DNA from: Spirochaetia bacterium
Lineage (GTDB): Bacteria; Spirochaetota; Spirochaetia; DSM-2461
Reading direction: 5' to 3'
Length of the DNA stretch: 64,000 bases
Assembly: GCA_963668315.1 (NCBI GenBank)
Contig: OY764216.1
Span: 5,184,001 to 5,248,000 of the forward strand
Part shown: piece by piece, positions 19,614 through 29,033 of the stretch
Layout: every line of letters begins with the position of its first letter
How positions within the stretch are numbered: the stretch's first letter is position 1
Program-made: the position numbers and the translations under genes
Notes under the pieces: generated by a model
Database searches by the model: none
Seen by the model: only the letters and a program-made list of their open reading frames with translations
Told to the model about the DNA's origin: nothing

Positions 19614-21839
19614 TTATACAACGCTGTGGAATGTCCTGTTGATCACGTCCTGCTGCTGCTCCCGGGTCAGTTTGACGAAGTTTACCGCGTAACCGGAAAC
19701 CCGGATAGTCAGCTGGGGATACTTTTCGGGATGATCCATGGCATCGAGAAGAGTCTCCCTGTCCAGAACATTGATATTCACGTGGTGACCGCCGTCGAGG
19801 AAATAACCGTCCATCAGGCTGGTCAGATTCTTGACGCGGCTTCCCTCTTCCTTGCCCAGGGCTCCCGGCACGATGGAGAACGTATAGGAGATACCGTCGA
19901 TGGCGTGCTCGTAGGGCAGCTTGGCGATGGAGGAGAAACAGGCCAGGGCTCCGTGGGTGTCCCGCCCGTGAATGGGGTTGGCACCGGGCCCGAAGGGGGC
20001 GCCCGCTTTTCTTCCGTCCGGAGTGGAGCCGGTCTTTTTGCCGTACACCACATTGCTGGTGATGGTCAGGATGGACTGGGTGGGCTCGGCGTTCCGATAG
20101 GTTTTCTGATGGCGGAGCTTGTCCATGAACTGTTCCACCAGGGAAGAGGCGATCAGGTCCACCCGGTCGTCGTTGTTGCCGAAAGCGGGATACTCCCCCT
20201 CCACTTCGTAATCCACGGCCAGTCCCGTGTCATCCCGGATGACACGCACTTTCCCGTACTTGATGGCGGCCAGGGAGTCGGCGACAACCGAAAGCCCGGC
20301 GATGCCGCAAGCCATGGTTCGGTACACATTGTCGTCGTGGAGAGCCATCTGGAGGGATTCGTAGTTATACTTGTCATGCATGAAGTGGATGATGTTCAGG
20401 GTTTTGATGTAAAGGTTGGCAAGCCATTCCAGAATGACGTCATATTTCTCCATGACCTCGTCATAATCAAGGTATTCGGAGGTGATGGGCAGATACTGAG
20501 GAGCGATCTGCTCTCCGGTTTTCTCATCCCTTCCGCCGTTGATGGCGTAGAGGAGGGCCTTGGCCAGATTGGCCCGGGCGCCGAAGAACTGCATCTGCTT
20601 TCCCACTCTCATGGCTGATACACAGCAGGCGATGGCGTAATCGTCGCCGAAGTGGGTTCTCATCAGGCAGTCGTTCTCGTACTGGACGGCCGATGTGGTG
20701 ATGGATACCTTGGAACAGTAGTTCCGGAATCCCAGGGGAAGCCGGGGCGTCCAAAGCACGGTCATGTTGGGTTCGGGAGCGGGCCCCAGATTCTCCAGGG
20801 TATGGAGCATGCGGAAGCTGTTTTTCGTTACCAGAGTTCTGCCGTCCACGCCCATACCGCCGATGGCTTCGGTAACCCAGGTGGGGTCGCCGGAGAAGAG
20901 GGCGTCGTATTCGGGGGTTCTGAGGAAGCGCACCATACGCAGTTTGATGACGAACTGGTCCATCAGCTCCTGGGCGCCCTCTTCGGTCAGATCGCCCCTA
21001 TCGATATCCCTTTCAATATAAATGTCAAAGAAGGAGGACACACGTCCCAGGGACATGGCCGCACCGTCCTGATCCTTGATGGCTGCCAGATAGCCGAAGT
21101 AGGTCCACTGAATGGCCTCGCGGGCATCGGCGGCGGGCCGGGAGAGATCAAAGCCGTAGATGTTTCCCAGCTCCTTGAGATCGTTCAGGCTTTTAATCTG
21201 CTCGGTAAGCTCTTCCCGGGTCCGGATAACTTCCTCATCCATAATGGGAGTTTTCAATTTGGCGATAGAGTTTTTCTTCTCGGCGATAAGGTAATCCACA
21301 CCGTAAAGGGCCACCCGGCGATAGTCGCCGATGATTCTGCCCCGTCCGTAAGCATCGGGAAGACCGGTGAGGATACCGGAGTGACGGGCTTTCTTTATCT
21401 CGGCGGAATAGGCGCTGAAGACGCCGTCGTTGTGGGTTTTTCTGTGCTTGCCGTAGATCTCCTCCACGGCGGGGGAGAGCTCATAGCCGTGGGCATTCAG
21501 GGCGTTCTTCACAACCCGAAGGCCGCCCTTGGGCATGATGCCTCTCTTCAGGGGCTTATCGGTCTGGTACCCCACGATCAGCTCGCTCTCCTTGTCCACA
21601 TAACCGGGAGCATGGGAGACGATGGAGGAGGGAACCTGGGTTTCCGCATCGAGGATTCCCTTCTTCACCTCTTCCTTCATCAGTTCGGCCACCTGATTCC
21701 AGAGCTTCAGTGTCCTCTCCGTCGCCGGCTTCAAAAAGGATTCATCCCCTTCGTAGGGGGTGATGTTTCTCTGTATAAAATCTTTAACGTCAACCTTGTT
21801 ATTCCAGCTGCCCGTATTAAAATCGTTCCATTGTTCCAC
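19614..21839 (-). CDS. pflB: Formate C-acetyltransferase (pyruvate formate-lyase)
   Basis: [15 protein letters not shown] glycyl-radical motif, [19 protein letters not shown] start with GGAGG. Confidence 0.97.
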   Translation of the reverse strand: MEQWNDFNTGSWNNKVDVKDFIQRNITPYEGDESFLKPATERTLKLWNQVAELMKEEVKKGILDAETQVPSSIVSHAPGYVDKESELIVGYQTDKPLKRGIMPKGGLRVVKNALNAHGYELSPAVEEIYGKHRKTHNDGVFSAYSAEIKKARHSGILTGLPDAYGRGRIIGDYRRVALYGVDYLIAEKKNSIAKLKTPIMDEEVIRTREELTEQIKSLNDLKELGNIYGFDLSRPAADAREAIQWTYFGYLAAIKDQDGAAMSLGRVSSFFDIYIERDIDRGDLTEEGAQELMDQFVIKLRMVRFLRTPEYDALFSGDPTWVTEAIGGMGVDGRTLVTKNSFRMLHTLENLGPAPEPNMTVLWTPRLPLGFRNYCSKVSITTSAVQYENDCLMRTHFGDDYAIACCVSAMRVGKQMQFFGARANLAKALLYAINGGRDEKTGEQIAPQYLPITSEYLDYDEVMEKYDVILEWLANLYIKTLNIIHFMHDKYNYESLQMALHDDNVYRTMACGIAGLSVVADSLAAIKYGKVRVIRDDTGLAVDYEVEGEYPAFGNNDDRVDLIASSLVEQFMDKLRHQKTYRNAEPTQSILTITSNVVYGKKTGSTPDGRKAGAPFGPGANPIHGRDTHGALACFSSIAKLPYEHAIDGISYTFSIVPGALGKEEGSRVKNLTSLMDGYFLDGGHHVNINVLDRETLLDAMDHPEKYPQLTIRVSGYAVNFVKLTREQQQDVINRTFHSVV

Positions 21840-21923
21840 GGTTTCTGTACCTCCGTTGTTTATATTCTACGAGAATAATAGTAAATTTACCAATTTAAGT
21901 AAAATTAAATATTTTTATTTATT

Positions 21924-21941
21924 ATAAATTATGCTTATAAT
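21924..21941 (+). promoter_or_regulatory. LysR box (ATAA-N7-TTAT) overlapping a TATAAT -10
   Basis: ATAAattatgcTTAT at 21924-21938; TATAAT at 21936-21941. Confidence 0.6.
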
Positions 21942-21947
21942 AGAGTC

Positions 21948-22838
21948 ATGTACGACCACAGACAACTGGAAGCTCTGGGAGCGGTGATAGAGTGCGGCGG
22001 ATTCGACCGGGCCGCCGATATGCTGGGCCTGACCCAGGCGGCGGTCACCCTGCGGGTAAAGCACCTGGAAAGAGATGCGGGCAAACCCCTGCTGATCCGC
22101 TCCAATCCCCCGGAACCGACTGCGGCGGGACGGCTTCTCCATAACCACTTCAGAAAGATCCGCCTGCTCGAGGAGGATCTGAAAAGCGAATGGGACGGGG
22201 AGATATCGGGCAAGCCCCTCTCACTGGGGGTCAACGCCTCCACTCTGGGAAGCTGGTTCCTCCCCATTCTCCGGCAGATCATGAAATCGACCCTGGTGGA
22301 TCTCCACGTGGGGGAAGCCAAAGTGGTTCATAACCTTCTCCAGCAGGGAGCTCTGGCCGGGTGCATCAGCATCAGAAGCAAAGCCTCCCGGGGCTGCTAC
22401 GTGGAGTTTCTGGGAAATCTTGTCCTTCGCTGCGTCTCCACGCGGGAGTTCAAGCAGAAGCATTTTCCCCAGGGCATTACCGCCCAGGCCATGGGAATTA
22501 CCCCGGCGGTCCTGTTCCACCCGGAAAGTCAGATGATGCGGTTCTTTCAGAAATCCGCCCTGAATATCGCCCCCTTCGATGTCCCGGCCCACTATATTCC
22601 GACCCAGCAGGAATCCCTGCAGCTTATCAGCGACGGGGCGGCCTACGGCTTTCTTCCCGATCCCCTCTTCCTGCGCTACCAGGCGGACCGGGGTCTTATC
22701 GATCTCTCTCCGGTGACTCCCATCGTGATTCCCCAGTACTGGCACCGCTGGGGAATTGAATCTGACCTCCTGACTCAGATCACCTTGAAACTGAGGGAAG
22801 AGGCCCGGCGGGATCTGCTGCAGGTCCCCCCGAACTGA
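21948..22838 (+). CDS. ArgP/LysG-family LysR regulator
   Basis: QLEAL.AVIE.GGFDRAA..L..TQ.AV..RVK.LE, PT.AG..L..H, LGVNA, YWHRW. Confidence 0.88.
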   Translation: MYDHRQLEALGAVIECGGFDRAADMLGLTQAAVTLRVKHLERDAGKPLLIRSNPPEPTAAGRLLHNHFRKIRLLEEDLKSEWDGEISGKPLSLGVNASTLGSWFLPILRQIMKSTLVDLHVGEAKVVHNLLQQGALAGCISIRSKASRGCYVEFLGNLVLRCVSTREFKQKHFPQGITAQAMGITPAVLFHPESQMMRFFQKSALNIAPFDVPAHYIPTQQESLQLISDGAAYGFLPDPLFLRYQADRGLIDLSPVTPIVIPQYWHRWGIESDLLTQITLKLREEARRDLLQVPPN

Positions 22839-22977
22839 CAGAAGATCACCTCCTGTACGGAATTTTCTCCCCCCGTTTCTATGTCCTTCGCCATGATTCT
22901 GCGGCGGGCGAACAAGGGGAATCTGGAAATTGCCTGCTCCCACACAGGAGGGCAAAGGACCGTGGCGGTCCTCTTTC

Positions 22978-23955
22978 TCAAGAGAGGGTCTCTCCTCTTC
23001 TCAGTCTTTCCCTGGCCCCGGACAGCAGAGCATCGGCTTTCTCCAGTTCTGAAAGCGCTTCTCTCTCCTTCCCGTCTGTAGAAAGGAGCCGGGTCATGGC
23101 CCCTCCGTTTATCACGATTCTCCTGTCCGCCATCAGGGCCAGGAGGGGATCGTGGGTGGCCAGAAAAACCATTTTTTCCCTCTTTACCAGAAGTTCCAGA
23201 GCCCGTTTCCGGTCCACCCCGGCGTTCTCTATCTCATCAATAAGGACGATGGGAGACCGGCTCAGACAGGCCGTATCGGCAATCATCAGCGCCCGGGACT
23301 GGCCTCCGGAAAGGCTGGTCAGGGGGGTGGTTCCCCGAAACGTTTCTCCGGCCAGCTCGTTGGCCAGCTCCACCACCTCCTTCGCCGTCTCTTCGGGGGA
23401 GCGGATAAGACGGCTCTCCCCGTGGAGCCTGATGAAATCGTAGGCGGTCGCATCCAGGACAAAGTTCATATTCTGGGAGATCTGGGCCACCAGTTTACGG
23501 TCCAGGGAGAATCGCACGCCCTTCTCCGGAATCTGTCCGTCGGGAAGGATGATCCGTCCCGTAGGCGTATCCCCTTGGGCCAGGCATTCGATATCCTCGA
23601 GCAGACGGCTTTTTCCGCTGCCCGTCGGACCGACGACGGAGATAACCTCCCCCGCTCTGATGAGAATCGATTCCACCGGTTCGGATCTGCCGTCCTTTCC
23701 CCTGCCGCTCCGTATCTCCAGGCTCGTAAGGCTCCGTGAAACGGAAAGGGACTCCATGGCCCTGACGAACTGCGCCATTTCCTCGAGGAAATCACTGCGG
23801 AGGACACCCTTCTCTTCCAGGAGTTCATCGTCCAGCCGGGCCAGATACTCCTGCGGATTTTCCCCGTCACCAGGCCGTTCCAGACCTCTGGTGGTGAAAA
23901 AATCCTCCAGATAGGGGTAGGTCTCCCGCAATTTTCCGTAGGCTGTTCCTTTCAT
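22978..23955 (-). CDS. Stand-alone ABC ATPase with an N-terminal extra (DUF1858-like) domain
   Basis: GPTGSGKS, LSGGQ, VLIDE, ATHD; true start MKGTAY at 23955 (ATGA overlap with the GTPase stop). Confidence 0.85.
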   Translation of the reverse strand: MKGTAYGKLRETYPYLEDFFTTRGLERPGDGENPQEYLARLDDELLEEKGVLRSDFLEEMAQFVRAMESLSVSRSLTSLEIRSGRGKDGRSEPVESILIRAGEVISVVGPTGSGKSRLLEDIECLAQGDTPTGRIILPDGQIPEKGVRFSLDRKLVAQISQNMNFVLDATAYDFIRLHGESRLIRSPEETAKEVVELANELAGETFRGTTPLTSLSGGQSRALMIADTACLSRSPIVLIDEIENAGVDRKRALELLVKREKMVFLATHDPLLALMADRRIVINGGAMTRLLSTDGKEREALSELEKADALLSGARERLRRGETLS

Positions 23956-24638
23956 GAAAAGCTCATCTCCCGGGTGATCCCTATCTGGTAATCCTTCCCC
24001 ACTCTCTTCTCTCCCAGGCAGTAGGAGCAGAGGGCGGTAGGCATGGAGAAACGGAGGGACAGCTCCTCCGAAGGGGCGGAACCGGGCATCTCTTCCAGCA
24101 GGGAGGCCATTTCCAGGATTCCCTGCCCGGTGAGTCCGTTCACCGATATAATCTGCGCCCGGGGAGCCGCCTGCCTGACCCGGTAGGCGAAGACTTCCCT
24201 CTCCGCCTGGGAGACGATATCCCCCTTGGTAACCACGACCAGATCGGCGAACCGCAGCATGGGGCCGGTTTTCCGGGGCGTATTCAGACCGCTGAGGGCA
24301 TCGATGACACAGACGGCGGGAATGCCCTTCATATGGGGGGCGCAGCGGTTGCAGAGGCCGGCGCTCTCGGTAATAAGCAAATCGGCCCCCTCTTTCCGGG
24401 CCCATTCGATCCCCTTACCGATATTGTTCACAAAAAAATGATCGGGACAGAGATTTCCCGCCAGCCCCGTCTCCAGGGGTATCTGATGACGGTCGTAGAT
24501 CTCCCGGTCCGACGAGGTGAGACAGTCGAACTTGATGACCGAGACCTTACGCGTCCGGGCGGTCTGCTCCCTGACCAGAGAGATGATGACGGAGGTTTTG
24601 CCGCTGGACGGCGGACCGGCTACGGTAATGAGTCTCAT
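23952..24638 (-). CDS. HypB/UreG/CobW-like (G3E) GTPase, Cys-rich
   Basis: GPPSSGKT, LCPDH, ESAGLCNRC, TKGD, C-terminal CSYC. Confidence 0.88.
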   Translation of the reverse strand: MRLITVAGPPSSGKTSVIISLVREQTARTRKVSVIKFDCLTSSDREIYDRHQIPLETGLAGNLCPDHFFVNNIGKGIEWARKEGADLLITESAGLCNRCAPHMKGIPAVCVIDALSGLNTPRKTGPMLRFADLVVVTKGDIVSQAEREVFAYRVRQAAPRAQIISVNGLTGQGILEMASLLEEMPGSAPSEELSLRFSMPTALCSYCLGEKRVGKDYQIGITREMSFS

Positions 24639-25891
24639 GGGCGGCTCCGACGGGTCAGCTCCCGGCGCCTTTCCCTGTCCAGAGCCTCGGAATAGATGCA
24701 GTCGATCTCCTTTTTCATTTCCCCCACATCCCTATTCCGCACTCTGTCCCAGCCTATCCAGTAGAGGGACCGGTCGGCCGGAAATGAGGGGCTTTCGGGG
24801 GAAAAGGCCGAAGGAAACCACAGATCCTCGCAGAGCCGGGCCAGTTTTTCACCGCGGAGAAAATCCAGGATTTCTCTGAAACCGTCGGCCCTATCCCTCT
24901 TAACAAAGAGGGAGATGGGACTGGTGAAAGCGCCCTCCTCGGGAAAAACGATCTCCATCCGGTCCGTATTGACAATCCGTTTGGCGAAAAACCAGGGCAT
25001 AATGAAGAGGGTGGGACTATCCGGACGGGGGCTGTTGCCTATTTTGACCATTTCCGACGGATGGTAGCAGCCTTCGATATTCGCCGCCAGTTTCTCCAAT
25101 CCCTCCCGGCCGTACAGAAGGTAAAAGGGAAGGGAAACGGAGTGACAGAAGAAGTCCTCCTCCCCCCGAACGGCGATACTGCGGCTGAAGGCCGGGTCCA
25201 GAATATCTTCCCAGCGCTTCGGCAGGCTCCGGCCGCCCAGTTTCTCCCTGTCCGCCACAAGGACAAGAAGATTCGTGGCGATAAAAGAGTAGCGCGACTC
25301 GGGATCGACCATGCCGCTCCTTGCGAAGAGGGGATTGAGGACGGGCGGGGCGGGAAGAAACTGCCCCCCATCGACAAAGATCTCCTGGAACCGCTTATGA
25401 AAAAGGGTGTTGATGTCGGAGGTGATCATCAGATCGGGCAGCGAGTCGGGATCGTCAATGGTCTCCACATAGTCATAATAGGAGAGTTCGTGATTCACAT
25501 TCCCCTCAATGAGGGATTCCTGGCGGCGGCCCCACTCCTCGATGAAACTGTCGAAAAGACGGGTAAAGGGATTTCTGAGGCCGCAGGGCAGGAGGGCGAC
25601 CAGGGGAGGAAACCCTTTTCTCACATCATAGTCAGCCTCTTCCGCAAAAGGGACGGCCGCTTCCAGAGCCTGAAAAAAGAGTTCCTCGTTGATGCCCCAC
25701 ATCTCCAGGGCTTTTCCCAGGGTAAGATAGGGAGCGACGACCCGATAGGCGGCTTTGTCCCGGGGCATATTTCCCAGCCTGTCCCCGGTTCCTGCCAGGA
25801 GAATATCCTCCAGCTCGGGAAAAACACCGGCCGCATCCTTCAGAGTTTTTTTAAGCAGATCATTCTTTTCTATCATTCCGTCACACCTCAT
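24635..25891 (-). CDS. Substrate-binding-protein-fold protein (PotD/AfuA-like), no signal peptide, N-terminal DUF1858-like domain
   Basis: LVLVADREKL...PKRWEDILDP and VFPEEGA are typical of SBP_bac_6/8; the N-terminus is hydrophilic; start may be the ATG at 25876. Confidence 0.75.
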   Translation of the reverse strand: MRCDGMIEKNDLLKKTLKDAAGVFPELEDILLAGTGDRLGNMPRDKAAYRVVAPYLTLGKALEMWGINEELFFQALEAAVPFAEEADYDVRKGFPPLVALLPCGLRNPFTRLFDSFIEEWGRRQESLIEGNVNHELSYYDYVETIDDPDSLPDLMITSDINTLFHKRFQEIFVDGGQFLPAPPVLNPLFARSGMVDPESRYSFIATNLLVLVADREKLGGRSLPKRWEDILDPAFSRSIAVRGEEDFFCHSVSLPFYLLYGREGLEKLAANIEGCYHPSEMVKIGNSPRPDSPTLFIMPWFFAKRIVNTDRMEIVFPEEGAFTSPISLFVKRDRADGFREILDFLRGEKLARLCEDLWFPSAFSPESPSFPADRSLYWIGWDRVRNRDVGEMKKEIDCIYSEALDRERRRELTRRSRP

Positions 25892-25908
25892 TCGGGGGCT
25901 ATGGGAAT

Positions 25909-25952
25909 ATGATAAAAAAGGGGAGAAGCCATGTCAATATTAGCCATGGCTA
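25909..25952 (-). promoter_or_regulatory. Sigma70 promoter TTGACA-N17-TATCAT with an adjacent 12-bp palindrome
   Basis: TTGACA 25937-25932, TATCAT 25914-25909, TAGCCATGGCTA 25941-25952. Confidence 0.6.
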
Positions 25953-26039
25953 TACTTATTTGTAATTACTTACGGTTCGGTAGAAAGCTTCTCTCCTGTC
26001 TCCGGAAACATACTTGAAGGTATGTTTCTTGCACGGGAA

Positions 26040-27068
26040 TCACTCTTCTATGAATCCGGCCAGTTCGACAAATCCCGCTTCATTATAAAATACCGCGAGC
26101 TGTCCCGGGGTCACCGCCCGCTTCGGCTCGTCAAAACGGATGACAAACCGGTCCCCTTCCCTTCGTTCGAGGACACAGGGCGCCGCCTTGTCCCGGTAGC
26201 GGATTTTCCCGTAGGTGCGGTAGGGAAGAACCGGATCCTCCACGGCTCCCCAGTTGACGGCCGATATGACCACGTCCCGGGTCATGAGGTCCTCGTCGGG
26301 TCCCACCACAACCCGGTTGTTCTCCCGGTCTATGGCGGTGACGTATACGGGATACCCGGCGGCTATATTCAGTCCCCGTCTCTGTCCCACCGTATACTGC
26401 TCGATACCCCTGTGCTCTCCCAGAACGCGGCCTTCCCGGTCAACGAACTCGCCCGGACCGACACCTTCCGAAATAAACTGCCGGTACTCCCCTACGCAGA
26501 GATCCTGACTCTCCCTCTTCCGGGCCGTAAAAAGCCCCGCCTCCTCGGCAATCTCCCGGACCTGGGGCTTTTCCATATCCCCCAGGGGGAAGATGACCCG
26601 GGAAAGCTGCTTCTGACTGAGGAGAGAAAGAAAGTAAGCCTGATCCTTATCTCCGTGAAGCCCTTTTCTGAGAAGGTAGCGGCCGGTAGACCCGTCCTTC
26701 TCCACATGGGCATAATGGCCGGTGGCAAAATAATCGCATCCCCCCGCCTGCTCCAGGGCTCTGTCCCAGAAAAGGCCGAATTTCAGCTCCCGGTTGCAGC
26801 GGACGCAGGGATTGGGAGTGCGCCCCATGGCGTAATCGGTTCTGATATATTCGACGATTCTTTCCCGGTAGGCATCGCGCATATCTATGTCATAATAGGG
26901 GATGCCCAATTTCTCCGCCACTTTCCCGGCGTCGTCTGAGCTGTCTCCGTCCACAAGGTGCATGTGAACGCCGATCACCCGGTATCCCTGCTGTTTTAAA
27001 AGAACAGCGGCCACCGATGAATCAACGCCGCCGGAGATTCCCACGGCAACGGTTTTATCTGTATTCAT
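26040..27068 (-). CDS. mnmA: tRNA 2-thiouridine(34) synthase
   Basis: SGGVDSS, TPNPCVRCN, ATGHYA, KDQAYFL, ESQDLC, TPGQ. Confidence 0.96.
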   Translation of the reverse strand: MNTDKTVAVGISGGVDSSVAAVLLKQQGYRVIGVHMHLVDGDSSDDAGKVAEKLGIPYYDIDMRDAYRERIVEYIRTDYAMGRTPNPCVRCNRELKFGLFWDRALEQAGGCDYFATGHYAHVEKDGSTGRYLLRKGLHGDKDQAYFLSLLSQKQLSRVIFPLGDMEKPQVREIAEEAGLFTARKRESQDLCVGEYRQFISEGVGPGEFVDREGRVLGEHRGIEQYTVGQRRGLNIAAGYPVYVTAIDRENNRVVVGPDEDLMTRDVVISAVNWGAVEDPVLPYRTYGKIRYRDKAAPCVLERREGDRFVIRFDEPKRAVTPGQLAVFYNEAGFVELAGFIEE

Positions 27069-27138
27069 GTACTATTCCTTGTAATAAGTAAAATAACTAT
27101 CATAATTATAGGGTTTTTACTCCCCTTTGTCATTATCT

Positions 27139-27963
27139 TCAGGGATAGGGATCATCGGGAACCCGCAGAATCTCACCCGGGACAAGGGAAGAGCCGGGAT
27201 TGGCCTCTTCGAGAGCATCGGCCAGACCGGGAGTATCGTAGATGAGCCAGGAGATGTACTCCCAGCTGTCCCCTTCCCTCACTTCGTAAACCCTAGGCGA
27301 CTTTCCCGGGATATTTCTCTCCGTCCTGTCGTAATCGGGAATAAAGAGGACGCCCGTATCCCTCAGGACTTCGACGCTCCGGTAAATAACATCCACCGCA
27401 AGATTATCCGCCGTGTCGACCTTGCGCCCGTAGGGGACCGCCACATCCCTGTGCCGGGTAAAGCGTGAGGAGGGAATGTCATAGGCGGCGGAAAGCCGGG
27501 CCATCAGTATGATCAGTGAGGTAATCTGTTCCCGGGGAAAGGCCTCGCTCTTATCGCCGATATTGCACAGTTCTATCCCTATGGATCTCTGATTGATATT
27601 CACATCCCCCTCGAAGCAGGCGTTTCCCGCATGCCACGCCCTCATCCCGTCTTCCACGGATCTGATGAGGGAACCGTCCCTGTCTATGATGTAGTGGACG
27701 CTGGCCTGGGCCTCGGGACGCTGAAAGAAACGGGCGATCTGCCGGGCATCCGCCGTACTTCCCGTATGATGGAGGACGATCATATCGATGGCCTGCCCCT
27801 CCCGGGATTCGCAGTTCTCCGTCAGGATCTCCGTGACGGGCAGAGAGTCAGACCGATCCGCATCATCGCCCATCCGGCAGGATGACACTCCGGAAACAAG
27901 GATTGAACAAGAGAGGAAAAGAGATAAAAAATAAATGAACCGGTATTGCCCTTTTTCTTTCAT
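27139..27963 (-). CDS. N-acetylmuramoyl-L-alanine amidase (Amidase_2) with C-terminal LysM, probable lipoprotein
   Basis: IVLHHT, SVHY, AWHAG, SIGIE, HRDV..RK.D; LysM YEVREGDSW..IS...Y. Confidence 0.88.
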   Translation of the reverse strand: MKEKGQYRFIYFLSLFLSCSILVSGVSSCRMGDDADRSDSLPVTEILTENCESREGQAIDMIVLHHTGSTADARQIARFFQRPEAQASVHYIIDRDGSLIRSVEDGMRAWHAGNACFEGDVNINQRSIGIELCNIGDKSEAFPREQITSLIILMARLSAAYDIPSSRFTRHRDVAVPYGRKVDTADNLAVDVIYRSVEVLRDTGVLFIPDYDRTERNIPGKSPRVYEVREGDSWEYISWLIYDTPGLADALEEANPGSSLVPGEILRVPDDPYP

Positions 27964-28047
27964 GGTGGTATTAATGAACAGTTATATCTTATGACTTCCG
28001 ATCAATCGGTGTCAATGGAAAGATAAGGTTCCCGGAGAAGTAAATTT

Positions 28048-28161
28048 ATGAATAAAATTCTGTGTATAGCCGTTCTTATCGCGTTATCTCTTATTATTGC
28101 CTGCAGCAATCCCGTTGATCCCGCCCCGGACAGCGAAGCCTATGACTATATAACCGGCTAA
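28048..28161 (+). CDS. 37-aa lipoprotein (absent from the ORF track)
   Basis: RBS GGAGAAG; MNKILCIAVLIALSLIIACSNPVDPAPDSEAYDYITG*; lipobox LIIA-C. Confidence 0.65.
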   Translation: MNKILCIAVLIALSLIIACSNPVDPAPDSEAYDYITG

Positions 28162-28181
28162 ACTGCCGGCCTGCCGATCCC

Positions 28182-28991
28182 GTGACACCTCAAACAGTCT
28201 CCCTCTGCGAATCGGTATTTCTTCTCCTCATCGCTCTTTCCCTAAGTCTTTACTGGCTTTTTCTTTACGGAATAATGCCTCTCTTCCGGGAAAACGGAAC
28301 CGCCCGCTATACCCTGCCCCGGCTGTTCGCCCTGCTTCTGTTCCTTTTCCTCTCCTTTGAATTCTCCGCCCAGGTCTCCTACCTGCCGTCTATCCTCTCC
28401 CTGAGAAACAGCAATCCCCTCTCCACGTCCCTTATGCGATTCAGAGGCAGCCCTCCGAAGAGGGAAGAAGATTTTGTCCCTCTGGCCCGTATTTCCGACT
28501 CCCTGAAAGAGGGAGTCATAATCTGCGAAGACAACGGCTTCTACCGTCACAAGGGTTTCGATCCGGGCAGCATAAAATTCGCCTTTGTCCAGAACCTGAA
28601 GCACAGGGCCATTGTATACGGGGGAAGCACGATAACCCAGCAGCTGGCCCGGACCATGTATTTAACTCCCCGGAAGACCCTCTACAGAAAATACCGGGAA
28701 CTATTCCTGGCGGTAACCATGGAGGTCTTTCTCTCCAAAGACAGGATTCTGGAACTCTATTTCAACTACGCCGAATGGGGCCCCGATGTTTACGGAATAG
28801 GCGGCGCCTCCCGGTATCACTTTCATAAAGACGCGGCGGATTTAACCCTGGAGGAAGAGGCGGCTCTTATCTCGATTCTGCCCAATCCCCTGAAGTGGGA
28901 CACGGACAGCTTTCGACAAAATGAACTTCTGGTAAGGCGCTGGTTCAAAATTTGCTCCTATTACGGCATAGAAATACTCCCCGAGTTCTGA
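28182..28991 (+). CDS. mtgA: Monofunctional peptidoglycan transglycosylase (GT51)
   Basis: EDNGFYRHKGFD, GGSTITQQLAR, RKYRE, SKDRILELYFN. Confidence 0.85.
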   Translation: MTPQTVSLCESVFLLLIALSLSLYWLFLYGIMPLFRENGTARYTLPRLFALLLFLFLSFEFSAQVSYLPSILSLRNSNPLSTSLMRFRGSPPKREEDFVPLARISDSLKEGVIICEDNGFYRHKGFDPGSIKFAFVQNLKHRAIVYGGSTITQQLARTMYLTPRKTLYRKYRELFLAVTMEVFLSKDRILELYFNYAEWGPDVYGIGGASRYHFHKDAADLTLEEEAALISILPNPLKWDTDSFRQNELLVRRWFKICSYYGIEILPEF

Positions 28992-29033
28992 TATCTTACT
29001 CATAACGCCACGCGGCAAGGAGACGATTTTTTT

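Noticed and set aside
19272..21878. Long antisense ORFs over pflB (also over guaB, purB, the SBP gene, GH38 and GH3)
   Set aside because: These are shadow ORFs expected from GC-rich codon bias opposite well-conserved genes and show no motifs
23956..24405. N-terminal extension of the 475-aa ORF 22978..24405, suggesting a frameshift fusion
   Set aside because: It is an out-of-frame overlap with the GTPase and has an Arg/Pro/Gly-rich composition; an ATGA-coupled start at 23955 explains the ATPase
26040..27068. Functional link between mnmA and the downstream SBP-GTPase-ATPase trio
   Set aside because: The trio has its own promoter in the spacer; adjacency alone is not enough
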